From Trypanosoma brucei (taxonomy: Eukaryota): a DNA stretch of 64,000 nucleotides. The notes under the pieces are model-generated. The model was not told the DNA's origin, searched no databases, and saw only the letters and a list, made by a program, of their open reading frames with translations. The position numbers and the translations under genes are program-made. Location of the stretch: positions 1,504,001 to 1,568,000 of the forward strand of contig CM000207.1 in assembly GCA_000002445.1 (NCBI GenBank), written 5' to 3'. Positions within the stretch are counted from its first letter, which is position 1; each line of letters starts with the position of its first letter. This document shows positions 11,666 through 21,446 of this stretch, piece by piece.

Positions 11666-12479
11666 TTTACTTGCTACACAACCTTTAGACCAAAAAAACC
11701 TGCGGTAAGAGTTGCGGGATCCCTACTTATCTGCTATAGAACCTAACGGTGGAACATGAAGAAAGCGAGCATTTATTCGCGCAGTCAAGCTATGCCACAA
11801 GTGGTTTCAGAAACAAAAAACCTCCGCCACAAGAATGATGATATCAAACCGTGCGGCCGCAAAGTCACTGCAACAACAACCTAGTTTTTTTTAAAAAAAA
11901 AAAGACAAACTAAGTCAATAAACGAATCACGCAGCTCTCTTTCTCTCTGTCGGCTCAGCCAAAGAGTTACGAAAAAATGCTTTAAGATATGCACAAAGTA
12001 AAATTGTTTAACTGCGACCTGAGAAAAACAAAGTTCCACACGAAGGCATAAGTTGAGAAATACGTGAGAAACAAAGTAAGCATAAGACCAACAAACCGTC
12101 GTCAGGGGAAATTAAAGATAAAAACGGAAGGTGGGAACAGTTCTTTGTATACATTACCAACCAACTTTAATTGACGAAAAGATTTACAAACACATGCCTT
12201 GTTTCCAAAGGGAAGGGTGACAAAAAACAGTGAGCTCACACTCCACCATCAAAAAAAAAAGATAAAACAAACTCCAACCCACAGCAACTTCCGATCCCTT
12301 CAAGTCTGGCCGCCTCTCCGAAGCCAATCTAAAATGTACAAGATTCGTTAAGCACCTCCTTCCCTGTGACGAGCTCAAGCACACACGAAGAGCATCGAAA
12401 CTAGGAAATCATGCAAAAATAATAAATTCACGATGAGTAGGTAAAAGCGGAGAAACCATCAATATTAACCGAACAAGCG

Positions 12480-13460
12480 GTGTCACAGGGGCTAAAGGCC
12501 GCACGGTTTGGCGACCGCAAGTCGCGCAGACCATCAGCAGCAATCACCACTCAAGAAGGTATACGCCGAGGGCCCGTCACAAGTAGCCACCATTTGGCAG
12601 CCGTGCGAACCTTTAATTGTTGCGAATGCGGCGGCCGGCCGCCCGCATGCACCCCGGGCCCCGAGCATCAGAGCAGTCGGATGGCCGCCCAGCATCGAAG
12701 AGAAGGCCGGTGGCAACACCACCCACTGTCCCTGGCGACGGGGGACGCCATTTTCGGATCCTCTCGCCCCCTGCGCGTCCTCTCGGGTATCGACGGCATC
12801 CTTTATTGCGATATGGGGACCGGGGAGGGACAATGAACGAAATACCCATTCAACACTTTCCTCAACGCGTGGAGAACGGTGACGGGACCAAATGCAAAAA
12901 AAAAAAAAGAAGAGCGCACACTAACCACATGATGCGGGCGCACGGCGTCGGCGGAACCGCCTGCACGGGGTGGGGGCATAGCGGCAGGGAATGGCGTAGG
13001 CGTCGCGAAAGATCTAAGGGCAATAAGATGTGTTGAAGTCAAACCTGCCGAACGCCTGTTCAATCGCGAAGACCAGACAACATTCGTGTCAACATATTTC
13101 CACAAATCAACTATCCTTAACCAATAACGGCTGAGGACGTTGAATTCGACGGAGGGCCGCTCATTGTGGTGTGGACATGAGTTCCCGCAGCCGACCGTGG
13201 AACCGAGCCACCGCTTCTGGAAAAGCAGTCGAATGCGCGGTTCGATGGCGCCCGAGAGGGGAAAAGAAGATCACCGGAGTGCAGCTCTTCCCTCGCATTA
13301 CTTAGACACTGTATGAAGTAGGAGGGGCTGTGGTGGAGGCGGAAGAAAGGTAGCAGCAGCGGATTCACCGGCAACACACACAGGGCAAACGTCAGCGGAG
13401 GCCGCGACGGGCCCATTCTGGTCACAACCTCCAGCGCATCATTCACACGTAGCAAGACTG
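12480..13460. other. GC-rich (~60-65 percent) non-coding island with overlapping short ORFs in several frames on both strands; includes 12-nt perfect palindrome GCGGCCGGCCGC (12631..12642)
   Basis: Base composition departs strongly from the AT-rich flanks. No ORF has a recognisable protein motif. Open frames overlapping on both strands are what GC-rich non-coding or structured-RNA sequence produces. Confidence 0.4.
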
Positions 13461-14049
13461 ACCCGAACAGCTTGGCAATAAAGCGGTGTGCAAGAATTGC
13501 AGAAAAGATACGGGTGGTTCCTAAGGCGGAGCGAGTGGGAGAAGCTAAACCATTTTATAATCCACACTAAGAATCAAGGCACAAAAAAAAGCATCTCCCG
13601 TGGGGGAAGAGCGTGTTGACGACATTTTCCCGGCCAAAGGGCCCAACCTTATCGACCCAACAGCAGAAAAACTTTCTAGCACCTCGAAGAAGCAACAACG
13701 GTGGGCAAGGTGAACTCAGCGGTGAAAGAAACGACCCCAAGGCAACACGAATACAAAACAGAAAAACTGGAAGAGGCCGAGGCAGGAATGTGAGACCTGG
13801 CTGCCGCGGCACTTGCACCACGGACGTTGAGCACATTAGTTGTAGGCGTCAAAGAGCAGAAGCCAACAAAACGGCGGTAAGCAGATGCTGTTGCGGAAAT
13901 GTACTAAAAGAGGCTCAGAAAGATACGGCGAGCTCCGAGGGTGGAATTATCAGGGGTAACAAACTATAAGTCTAAGTTGTTTGATTACGGAGGAGCGGAG
14001 GTTGACACAGAGTGACGTATACGCTGGAACTGCACCTAGAGAAGATTGC

Positions 14050-15030
14050 ACACACGGAAAGAAATTGTGGAACCTTGTTTGGAAAGAGAGGAAATGCTTC
14101 GTGAGGTTTTATAATCACCGCGTGGAACACGGCGGAATACCCGGGCGGGGGTGAGAAGGGCGGTAAAACATCACTCTCGGGAGACAGAAAAAGCTTGCAA
14201 AAGAGGCGGCGGCAGCCCGAGAAGCGGCCCTTAGAAGTGTTTTCTCCAAGTCGATGAGGGGTTGATTGGCAGGACACTGAAAGGTCACTTTGATCGGTTG
14301 CTTACATCAAAGAAACCGCCGTTTATGCCAAAGCACCAAGCAGTAGACACCAAGTTTTTGACGTTTGGTGAAACAAGGTGGAGAAATGGGGAGACAGCAA
14401 CTGCTTTCATGGATCGTGCAAGAGCGACCGGCTCAATGGATCGTCGGGGGATCACTCACTGTGGTTTTAAATCGCTGCGATGCGCATCTCCGCTTAGCGA
14501 GACGGATAGGACAGTTGCCGCATAATCGAAAATCCAAAATGAAGATGAGCAACGCGTAGCCAGGAGATTTCCTCGACCTTAGGGGTGTGGCGGGAATTTG
14601 TCCTCGAACCACTTCTGGTCGCTGTGATAATGGAAGCATAATAAGAGGCACTGATCGGAGCACAGGGATTAAGCATACCTTCCTTGCAAACGGTCCAATC
14701 GTCATACGCGCCGGCAGAGGTCTAAAAAAATTTTGAGCAAACGCCACGGAGGGAGCCTCGGTTGTGTGCCAATGAACGGTCGAAAAGACCTTTCGTGGAA
14801 ATTTCGGCTGAAGAGGAATGCACATGCTTCGGGATCATTCACGGCAACGCCTAGAAGTCCCATACATATAATAGCTGAAAGAAGGGCCCCAAAATTTCTG
14901 GACTTAATACCTAGTAGGGTTAGGGGGGGGGGCACGGAGGGGCCGCGGGGGATTCACGAAAGAAGCTACGAAAGCTAAGGGTCATCCCCTGAATGGCGGT
15001 TGGGTTGGGAATCGCTACGGTAAACTTAGG
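14050..15030 (-). ncRNA. candidate telomerase RNA (TER) locus; boundaries approximate
   Basis: The region lies in a 6-kb gene-free interval and is transcribed in the same direction as the unit. It contains an exact telomerase template-like 11-mer on the transcribed strand (see feature 14914..14924). I could not delimit a box C/D domain or the exact ends by eye. Confidence 0.25.
14914..14924 (-). other. telomerase template-like sequence 5'-CCCUAACCCUA-3' (1.8 telomeric repeats), preceded on the RNA strand by a C9 run
   Basis: The plus strand reads tagggttaggg followed by g9. The minus-strand RNA would therefore read CCCCCCCCCUAACCCUACUAGG. An exact 11-mer is expected only ~0.03 times by chance in 2 x 64 kb. 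Confidence 0.4.
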
Positions 15031-17759
15031 TTGTTCTTATGTCTTACAGGGGGGAATTGTGCCATGGCATAACTTTCCGGCTGTATTCGTCATCGACTTC
15101 ACAAAAGTGTTCGAGGAGGCGTGCTGGCAGAGGTTTTAGACACAGTAAGTGGAACGCCTAAGTTAGCAGATGGGGAAAACATAGTGAAAGAGGCCAGTCT
15201 CATGCCAATAGTGGGCGCTAAAAACTAAAGAAAGGGCACTGGGCTCCATTATGCCACTCCAGATGAAAGGAAATACCTTTTGAGTAGACCCAAGAAGCGG
15301 GCTTACACGGGATAACGGTGCCTGTTGGAGCATATTCAGGTGTGTGGGTGGGGGGCAGAGAAGTGTCGTGGTATGTTCCGTCGATGGGAGGAACTGCTTG
15401 AGAGGAAGCGTCTCATGTTGATGGAGAGGTCCCTCTTCAGTTGCATGACGCACGAGGGACTGAAAGTGAACGCCTTTGAAAATGGAAAACACACGGAAAC
15501 AGTGAAGACCGCGATAAGCTTTAGGGAAGGTGGCTGTTAGCATTGCCGGGACCCTCTTTCAGCGGTTGTTAGTATTAACAGTTAAAATGGTCTGGGTTTG
15601 GAAGTTGAGTCTTGTGTTAGGATTAACGGTCATGCGGCTATATATATACATATATATTTTTACACGCATTAAACATTCCTCAACACCACTCCCCCAAAGG
15701 TTCCACGTGCCCTTTAGACTCGGCCTCCCCCCCCCAAAAAAAGCATTCCCCAAAACAGCTTTTCACCTTTATTTGTTTGACACATGCACCACGACGATTT
15801 TCCTCTTCTCTCCTCATCTCCGACGCGCTTCGATCAGTTTGTCCATTACCCTACAAATCTCGTCTCAACAGTTATTTGGTGATTCGCATTAATATCCGGA
15901 ACCACGTTAATGCAAACTCACCCCCTAAGAAATGAATTAAAAAAAACTCGCTGCATATTACCTCCCCCCTAGCTCACGTGAACTCCTCAAAAAGATTTGA
16001 TGCCCATGCGGAACTTGTGGCGGTCAGTTCTTCCTTTAGTCTTCGTAGTGTTACCGGCTGTCGTACCGCCGTCCCGCTAAAAGCAAATATTTTAACCAGC
16101 AACACCTCCTTCTCTACCCATCGTCACATTTGCTCCACTTGCCTCACGCACGGTAGCGGTTTGGGCCGCCTTTTCGAGAGAGTGTCGACGCTGCTGAACA
16201 AATGGGTTTCACCACTTGTGCGATAATTCCCATAGCGAGCAGCATTTTGAGTGTTGCTTATTTTTCATTTCCCAACCCGCTAGCGTCCGCACAACTTTTG
16301 ATAGTGCTTTTCGAATCTTGCTCGAGAAACAGATCTGTCGTCACCCTGTTCGGAGCCCTCGTGCACGCGGGCTCCGATGCGAACGCTAAGAAATGTGCGG
16401 ATGCATCTCGACGCGTTGATAATTGCAACTTGTTTCCTTTTGGGTTTGCTGCCGCAAGCTGGGGAGCTGCTGCACTACCTAACGAATTCTGTGGATCCCT
16501 GTTTGGAAGTCATCTTAACAGCGGGTTTAAGCGCCAAACATCTCACTACATTGCATGCGCCGTTAAGCCCCCAATCTCGAGGAAAAACTGCGGCGACAAC
16601 TAAAACTGCCTTTTCACGAGGTGTGTGTATGAACAACGCTTTTTGGTGGAGGCGTTAGGTGTGGAGGCCCGGGAGTGCTCTATAGAAGCCACTTCCCATA
16701 CGCCTCCCCACACGTACAATGCCGGATCCTTCAGGTTATCACAAGAGCAAACCACTATGATGCTACCCGGCACGGTCATACACGCTGACGGCCACCACAA
16801 AAAGGTCGAAAAAAAAAACTTCTTTTTCTCTTGTTGTGACAGTTTCTTTATTGCTCTCCACTCCCACCCTCAGAAGGAACTCGCATTGCCGTTAGGTCAT
16901 CACTTCCAATCTGGTTCCTAACTTAGCAGCGCCACCCATATCATTCGTTGCTGAACCCCGGGAAAGTTGGAACAAGCACCTAAGCAAACAAAATGTAGAG
17001 GGCATACGGTAACTACCTTCACTACTTGCTTCAGAGGGGTTCTAAGAGAAATGGAAAGAGGGAAGTGGATTTGTCGTGTATTCATCTGCAAGGCGTTTGT
17101 GTTGAAAAGGCCATTTAACACTGGTTGTGGGAAAACAAAGACATGCCATCTAATGGTACGCAATCATGTATCAACCGTGGCGAAACAGAGCCATCAGAAT
17201 ACTCGATGGCCACACACAAGGATGCAGTTGTGTGAAAAAAAAACGGAGGGATCTAATGTGAGAGGAGCGAAATAACGGTAGAATGGCATTTGTTTATGCA
17301 TCCACGCAAAGGCATGTTCGGTTCTTCGGAATCTGCAGCCTTCATTTTTCTGCTGTGAGAAGCTGGAGGAATCATGTCTCATTCTTTATTCCTTTCCCCC
17401 CCTTATTTCCTTTTTCCTTTCGGTATAGCATGGCTTCAGACTGCCTAACTCTTTGCTTCATCATTTGCTTCTCCATGTTTCACATTTTGCGCAGGCTAAA
17501 CAACAGCCGCTTCCCATTTATCTAAGTTCAACGAAAATACATGTGCGCCAACAACGAACATTACATTACATTAGGGATGGAAACAGGCCCCTCCTTCCTT
17601 TCTCCTCCCCTCCACAATACATACATTGGACATTACGACTAGAATTGAAAGGATAATATATATATATATATATACTTTTCTGTGTATCTCTTTCTCTCCT
17701 TGTCTACTTTTATACACTCCTTGCTTTATCAGCTTAACAGCAACGGAACGACGAGACTA

Positions 17760-18698
17760 TCACATGAGGCATGACTCATACGTCGGGACCATGTATTTAA
17801 TGTTGATGTACGCGTCCTCCCCACCGTATTGTTCGAGCAAGTGAAGTGTTTCATTTACCAAATCACTAATGTTTTGCCTCTTGGTTTGGGAATAGTCAAT
17901 TCGGTCGCCTATGTTCTTGTTTCGGTTCTTGTAGAGATTGAACACCGGAAGGATCTGCCTGTAATACGGCACGAGTGCCTGACCAACAAAGTCGGCGCTC
18001 TCCACAAGTTTCTGAAGAACCTTGAGGACGTTAATGATAACAGTTGGGTGTCGTGTATTTAGCGCTGTTTTGATAGGCACAATGAGTTGAGGGATGGTGG
18101 GAAGAATTTTATCTCCTCCCCTCTCAAGTAAGTCATAGCAGCCCTGCAGGGCAACAAATATGAATGGTTCCTCAAGTTCTCTAAGTCCATCGAAAAAAAT
18201 AGGAAGGAAATGATGATAATCTAGCGAGGACACATTCAGCCGCCACGAAAGCGTGCGTGAGGCGCCTTGCTGGATTGTCAGCGGCAAGTCTCCCCTCACA
18301 TAATAATTTCTGAACTCAGTAGGCGGGATGACACGCTTTCTATACGCACCAGCCTTCTCCGGTCCCTTTGGGTCGCCGAAGCAACCAATTTTCAATGACT
18401 GACGGAAACCGTTGTTTTTAAATGTGCTGAATGTCATACCTCCCGTGCCTGTGTGTCCTACCAGGATTTGCTTAGGGCGCTGATCGCTCTCCGTATCTTG
18501 TTTGCCCCGTTTCTGCACATCGGCTGACGCCGGCTTCGTCGCCGGATCCCCTCGCACCACACAGCCCTTTTTTGTGACTGTTATGTCATTCTTGATGCCA
18601 TAACCCGGCGGGAAGGGGCCAAAGGGACTTTCTGCGAGTTGCGGGACGAGGTCCCTGTCGCGCAGTAGTTGCTTCCGCTCCTTTCGTGAGAACGCCAT
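17760..18698 (-). CDS. PACRG: Parkin co-regulated gene protein (PACRG), axonemal doublet-microtubule inner-junction protein
   Basis: The 312-aa ORF starts with ATG. It has long collinear identity blocks with PACRG: LDYHHFLPIFFDGL, GGDKILPTIPQLIVPIKTALNTR, LKVLQKLVESADFVGQALVPYYRQILPVFNLYKN, GDRIDYSQTKRQNI, INIKYMVPTYESC. Confidence 0.85.
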   Translation of the reverse strand: MAFSRKERKQLLRDRDLVPQLAESPFGPFPPGYGIKNDITVTKKGCVVRGDPATKPASADVQKRGKQDTESDQRPKQILVGHTGTGGMTFSTFKNNGFRQSLKIGCFGDPKGPEKAGAYRKRVIPPTEFRNYYVRGDLPLTIQQGASRTLSWRLNVSSLDYHHFLPIFFDGLRELEEPFIFVALQGCYDLLERGGDKILPTIPQLIVPIKTALNTRHPTVIINVLKVLQKLVESADFVGQALVPYYRQILPVFNLYKNRNKNIGDRIDYSQTKRQNISDLVNETLHLLEQYGGEDAYINIKYMVPTYESCLM

Positions 18699-18806
18699 TG
18701 CACTTATGTTTCAACTGCTTTGCTTAAGTTAATCCTATCACCGTGCTAACTACGAAAACGGATGAAATCAGGCAGTTGAACACTAATGACAGTGGTTGCC
18801 GTTCCC

Positions 18807-18846
18807 CCCCCCCCCCAATTCCATGCATGGAAATGGGGGGGGGCAA
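18807..18846. repeat. C14 / G10 inverted repeat flanking a palindromic core (ttccatgcatggaa); potential hairpin, i-motif or G4-forming element
   Basis: The sequence is ccccccccccccccaattccatgcatggaaatgggggggggg, in the spacer between PACRG and the coiled-coil gene. Further G-runs lie at 18941..18965. Confidence 0.6.
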
Positions 18847-19200
18847 AGAGCAAAAACTGTGTGACAACACCGCCAGGCGGGTGTGATGTCTCATTTGTCA
18901 ATGTTTCAGAGGAAAAAGAAGGGGAAGTTCTACCAGATGGGGGGGGGGAGGGGGGAAATGGGGCGTTTCTGGACCGCGCCAGTTCACCGCACTTCGGGCC
19001 CTTAACTCAGATCCTTCCCCTCCCTTGTGCCCCATTTACCCGAGAAAAGCGAGTCAGTTACCAACTAGGAAAATTTGCAAGGAAATAGGAACCATGTCTT
19101 TGATTCCCATGCAGCAATGTTACTGGTAGCAGCAGCAAGAAAAAAAAAAAATGACTGCGTAACGACACAGACCAAAGAAACGGAACAAAACTAAGTGAAT

Positions 19201-20670
19201 TTACACACAACCAAAGTCACTTTTGTTTTTCCCTCGTTTACCCGAACGAAGCGTCTGATGCTCCGTAGTCTCCTGCTGATTTTGAATAAACTGCGACATT
19301 TCACCGAGTTGCTTGTGCTGTTTTGTAAACAAGCGAAGTATTTTTTCATCGCGTCTGAGTTGAGTGGAGCCGCGGACCCAAGAAAGCCACAAGTGGAAGA
19401 TATTAGACCTCATGTTTTTCCGCGTGTCTTGCTGAAGCAGCTGTGCAAGCGCCTTCCAAACAGACCTGGAACCAGTCCTCTCCGGGAGCACAGCGCTGGC
19501 GGAAGAAAATTGTGGCACCGATCTCCTATCCTCATCCTTAATACTCTGTCGTAGCACGTTAGAGTAACTGCGGATGTCTTGACTCATTTGCTTTACTTGG
19601 TCCCCAACCTTGTTTACAGTGTTGGTGAGAACTCGCTGCTCGCCATCGAGTTCCGCCAGTTTGGACGCATGGCAGTCGAGTTCAGCATCATGCCGGTGCC
19701 AGTCTGTTCGCAGGACATTTATCGTCTCTTCAATCACAGCAATTTCCCTACGAATGATTCCCAGCTCTTCCTCACCAGAAGTTTGCGCCGCTGCGGGATC
19801 ATCCCACTTGCATTGTGTCCCTTCGCGGTGTTGGGAGAGAGTGACTGCGTCTGCGGCGTACCGCTCCGTAGGCGTATCGCCAACGCTCGCCATCTCTCGT
19901 AGATTCCGGCCATTATGGAGTACGGTGGCCTTTAGGTTCTGCAGTTCCTCGGAAAGCACTGACTCACGTTCTGATAGATACCTTATCTTCTCGACTGCAC
20001 ACTCCATGAGCGCGAACCACTGCCCTCGTTCCATTTCATGTGTCTCTCTTTCCAAGCTCAAACCCTCGGAGAGTTGGGTTAACGCTTTCAGGACCTCCCG
20101 TGCTAAATTAGTTGCGCCCTCACCTCCTGCTGAACGCCCTCGGCACCCTCCCGTCAAAGTTTCTAAGGTGTCCTCGACATTCAAAATCCGATCCTGTAAT
20201 TGCCTTGCATACCGCTTTACTTCACGGCGACTTGTTGACTCTCTTAGAACAGACTCCGCCAGTAGTGCTTCCAGTCTGGCGGCCTGTTCCTCTTGTCGGC
20301 GCCAGAGCAACCCAATGTAGGAAGAATCACTATCCAGCACTGGCTGTGACGGTAACCCGGCACCGGCGTTACGAATTTCTTCCCTCACCTTCCCAATGAT
20401 GTAGCGCTCAAACTCCATGAGGTGATTCTGGAGGGAAGTGACGTCCATTGCGGCGTCCGTGGTTAAGCTATCTCCCTGCCGCGTCAGTTCTTCTGAGCGA
20501 ACAAACTCCGCGACGTCTTTCTGTATCCTTTCGCAGAAACTGCTGGACTGCCGTGCCTCGATACGAACTTCATCCAACGATTCCCGGAGCGACCTAAGTT
20601 CTTTGTACATATCCAAATTTACGAGATCCCAAACATTATCCAGCTGGGTGGAACCGGAGACTTCCTCCAT
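19201..20670 (-). CDS. hypothetical coiled-coil protein
   Basis: The ORF track begins at a GTG (20769); the first ATG (MEEVSGSTQLDN) gives 489 aa. The sequence is E/R/L/Q-rich heptad-like throughout with no catalytic motif. It is on the same strand as its neighbours. Confidence 0.5.
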   Translation of the reverse strand: MEEVSGSTQLDNVWDLVNLDMYKELRSLRESLDEVRIEARQSSSFCERIQKDVAEFVRSEELTRQGDSLTTDAAMDVTSLQNHLMEFERYIIGKVREEIRNAGAGLPSQPVLDSDSSYIGLLWRRQEEQAARLEALLAESVLRESTSRREVKRYARQLQDRILNVEDTLETLTGGCRGRSAGGEGATNLAREVLKALTQLSEGLSLERETHEMERGQWFALMECAVEKIRYLSERESVLSEELQNLKATVLHNGRNLREMASVGDTPTERYAADAVTLSQHREGTQCKWDDPAAAQTSGEEELGIIRREIAVIEETINVLRTDWHRHDAELDCHASKLAELDGEQRVLTNTVNKVGDQVKQMSQDIRSYSNVLRQSIKDEDRRSVPQFSSASAVLPERTGSRSVWKALAQLLQQDTRKNMRSNIFHLWLSWVRGSTQLRRDEKILRLFTKQHKQLGEMSQFIQNQQETTEHQTLRSGKRGKNKSDFGCV

Positions 20671-21130
20671 TACTGTTCCTCCTCCTTTCTCCTTTTCTGG
20701 ACATTGAATGCAGAAGCTCGAGTTATATAAGTGTTTGTGTATTTTGTGCTCATTTCGGATGTAAGACACGTAACGACAACGTGTTTTTTTTTTGATCGTT
20801 CCCGATAATCAGTTGCGCCGACAGTGCGCAAAGGGATTAGAAGAGAAGACGACAATCCGTTACGCCGCACGCACAGGGTGAAAATTGCGGTAAAAGGTGT
20901 GGGAGAGTAGAAGAGAAGAGGTGACATATTGCGAAGAGTGGATGTATTAAACGGTTTGTATGGGAAAAGATAGAAAGTAAATGCAGTTTGTGTTTTCTGT
21001 CGCAGTAGGAGTGTTCCTATTAGATAAAAAGATTTCGACGGCGGAAGGTGAGTATTTACAAACACCAGCTCACGTTCCCTTCACTAATTCTCTCCTTCCC
21101 TTCCTCCTCTCTTTCTCCTCCTTCTCCCCG

Positions 21131-21213
21131 GAAAGAGGAAAACGAGTGGAAAAAGAGAGGAGGAAGGAGGGGAGGGGGGGGGGAGGAAAGAAGTGACGAA
21201 AAAAAAACAAAGG
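21131..21213 (-). promoter_or_regulatory. polypyrimidine tract on the transcribed (minus) strand upstream of the coiled-coil gene; candidate trans-splicing/polyadenylation signal
   Basis: The plus strand is almost pure purine: gaaagaggaaaacgagtggaaaaagagaggaggaaggaggggagggggggggg. Confidence 0.3.
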
Positions 21214-21446
21214 ATACAAATATATACGTATATGGGGATTATGCACAAAATAGGAAGAACACTCACCGCCACTACGGGCAGACCGTCAGAGGGAAACGCA
21301 ACCAAAAAAAAAAGTGGAGGGAGATGTATCCCTTCCCCCCACTCCCATGTGGACACACACGGCTACAGCATTCTTTCTCCACAAACTCACTGTACAAGAA
21401 AAAGAAAAAAGAACGAGGACAAAATCAATAAAATCATCTATATGTC

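Noticed and set aside
13210-13250. tRNA-like T-loop motif gcgcggttcgatggcgcc
   Set aside because: I could not build a consistent T-stem, acceptor stem or anticodon arm around it on either strand. No canonical GGTTCGAAT/ATTCGAACC box occurs elsewhere in the window.
12534-15543. chain of 100-130-aa minus-strand ORFs, four in the same frame, as a possible frameshifted pseudogene or retroelement relic
   Set aside because: No reverse-transcriptase, RHS or other recognisable motifs are present, and the frame coincidence is not beyond chance. I kept it only as a note within the gene-free interval finding.
19610-20320. 236-aa plus-strand ORF, and many other plus-strand ORFs of 60-170 aa (e.g. 607..1020, 3624..4112, 44584..45099, 10310..10687)
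   Set aside because: All lie antisense to longer minus-strand genes that have clear homology, and they have S/R/P-rich shadow-ORF composition. The unit is unidirectional on the minus strand.
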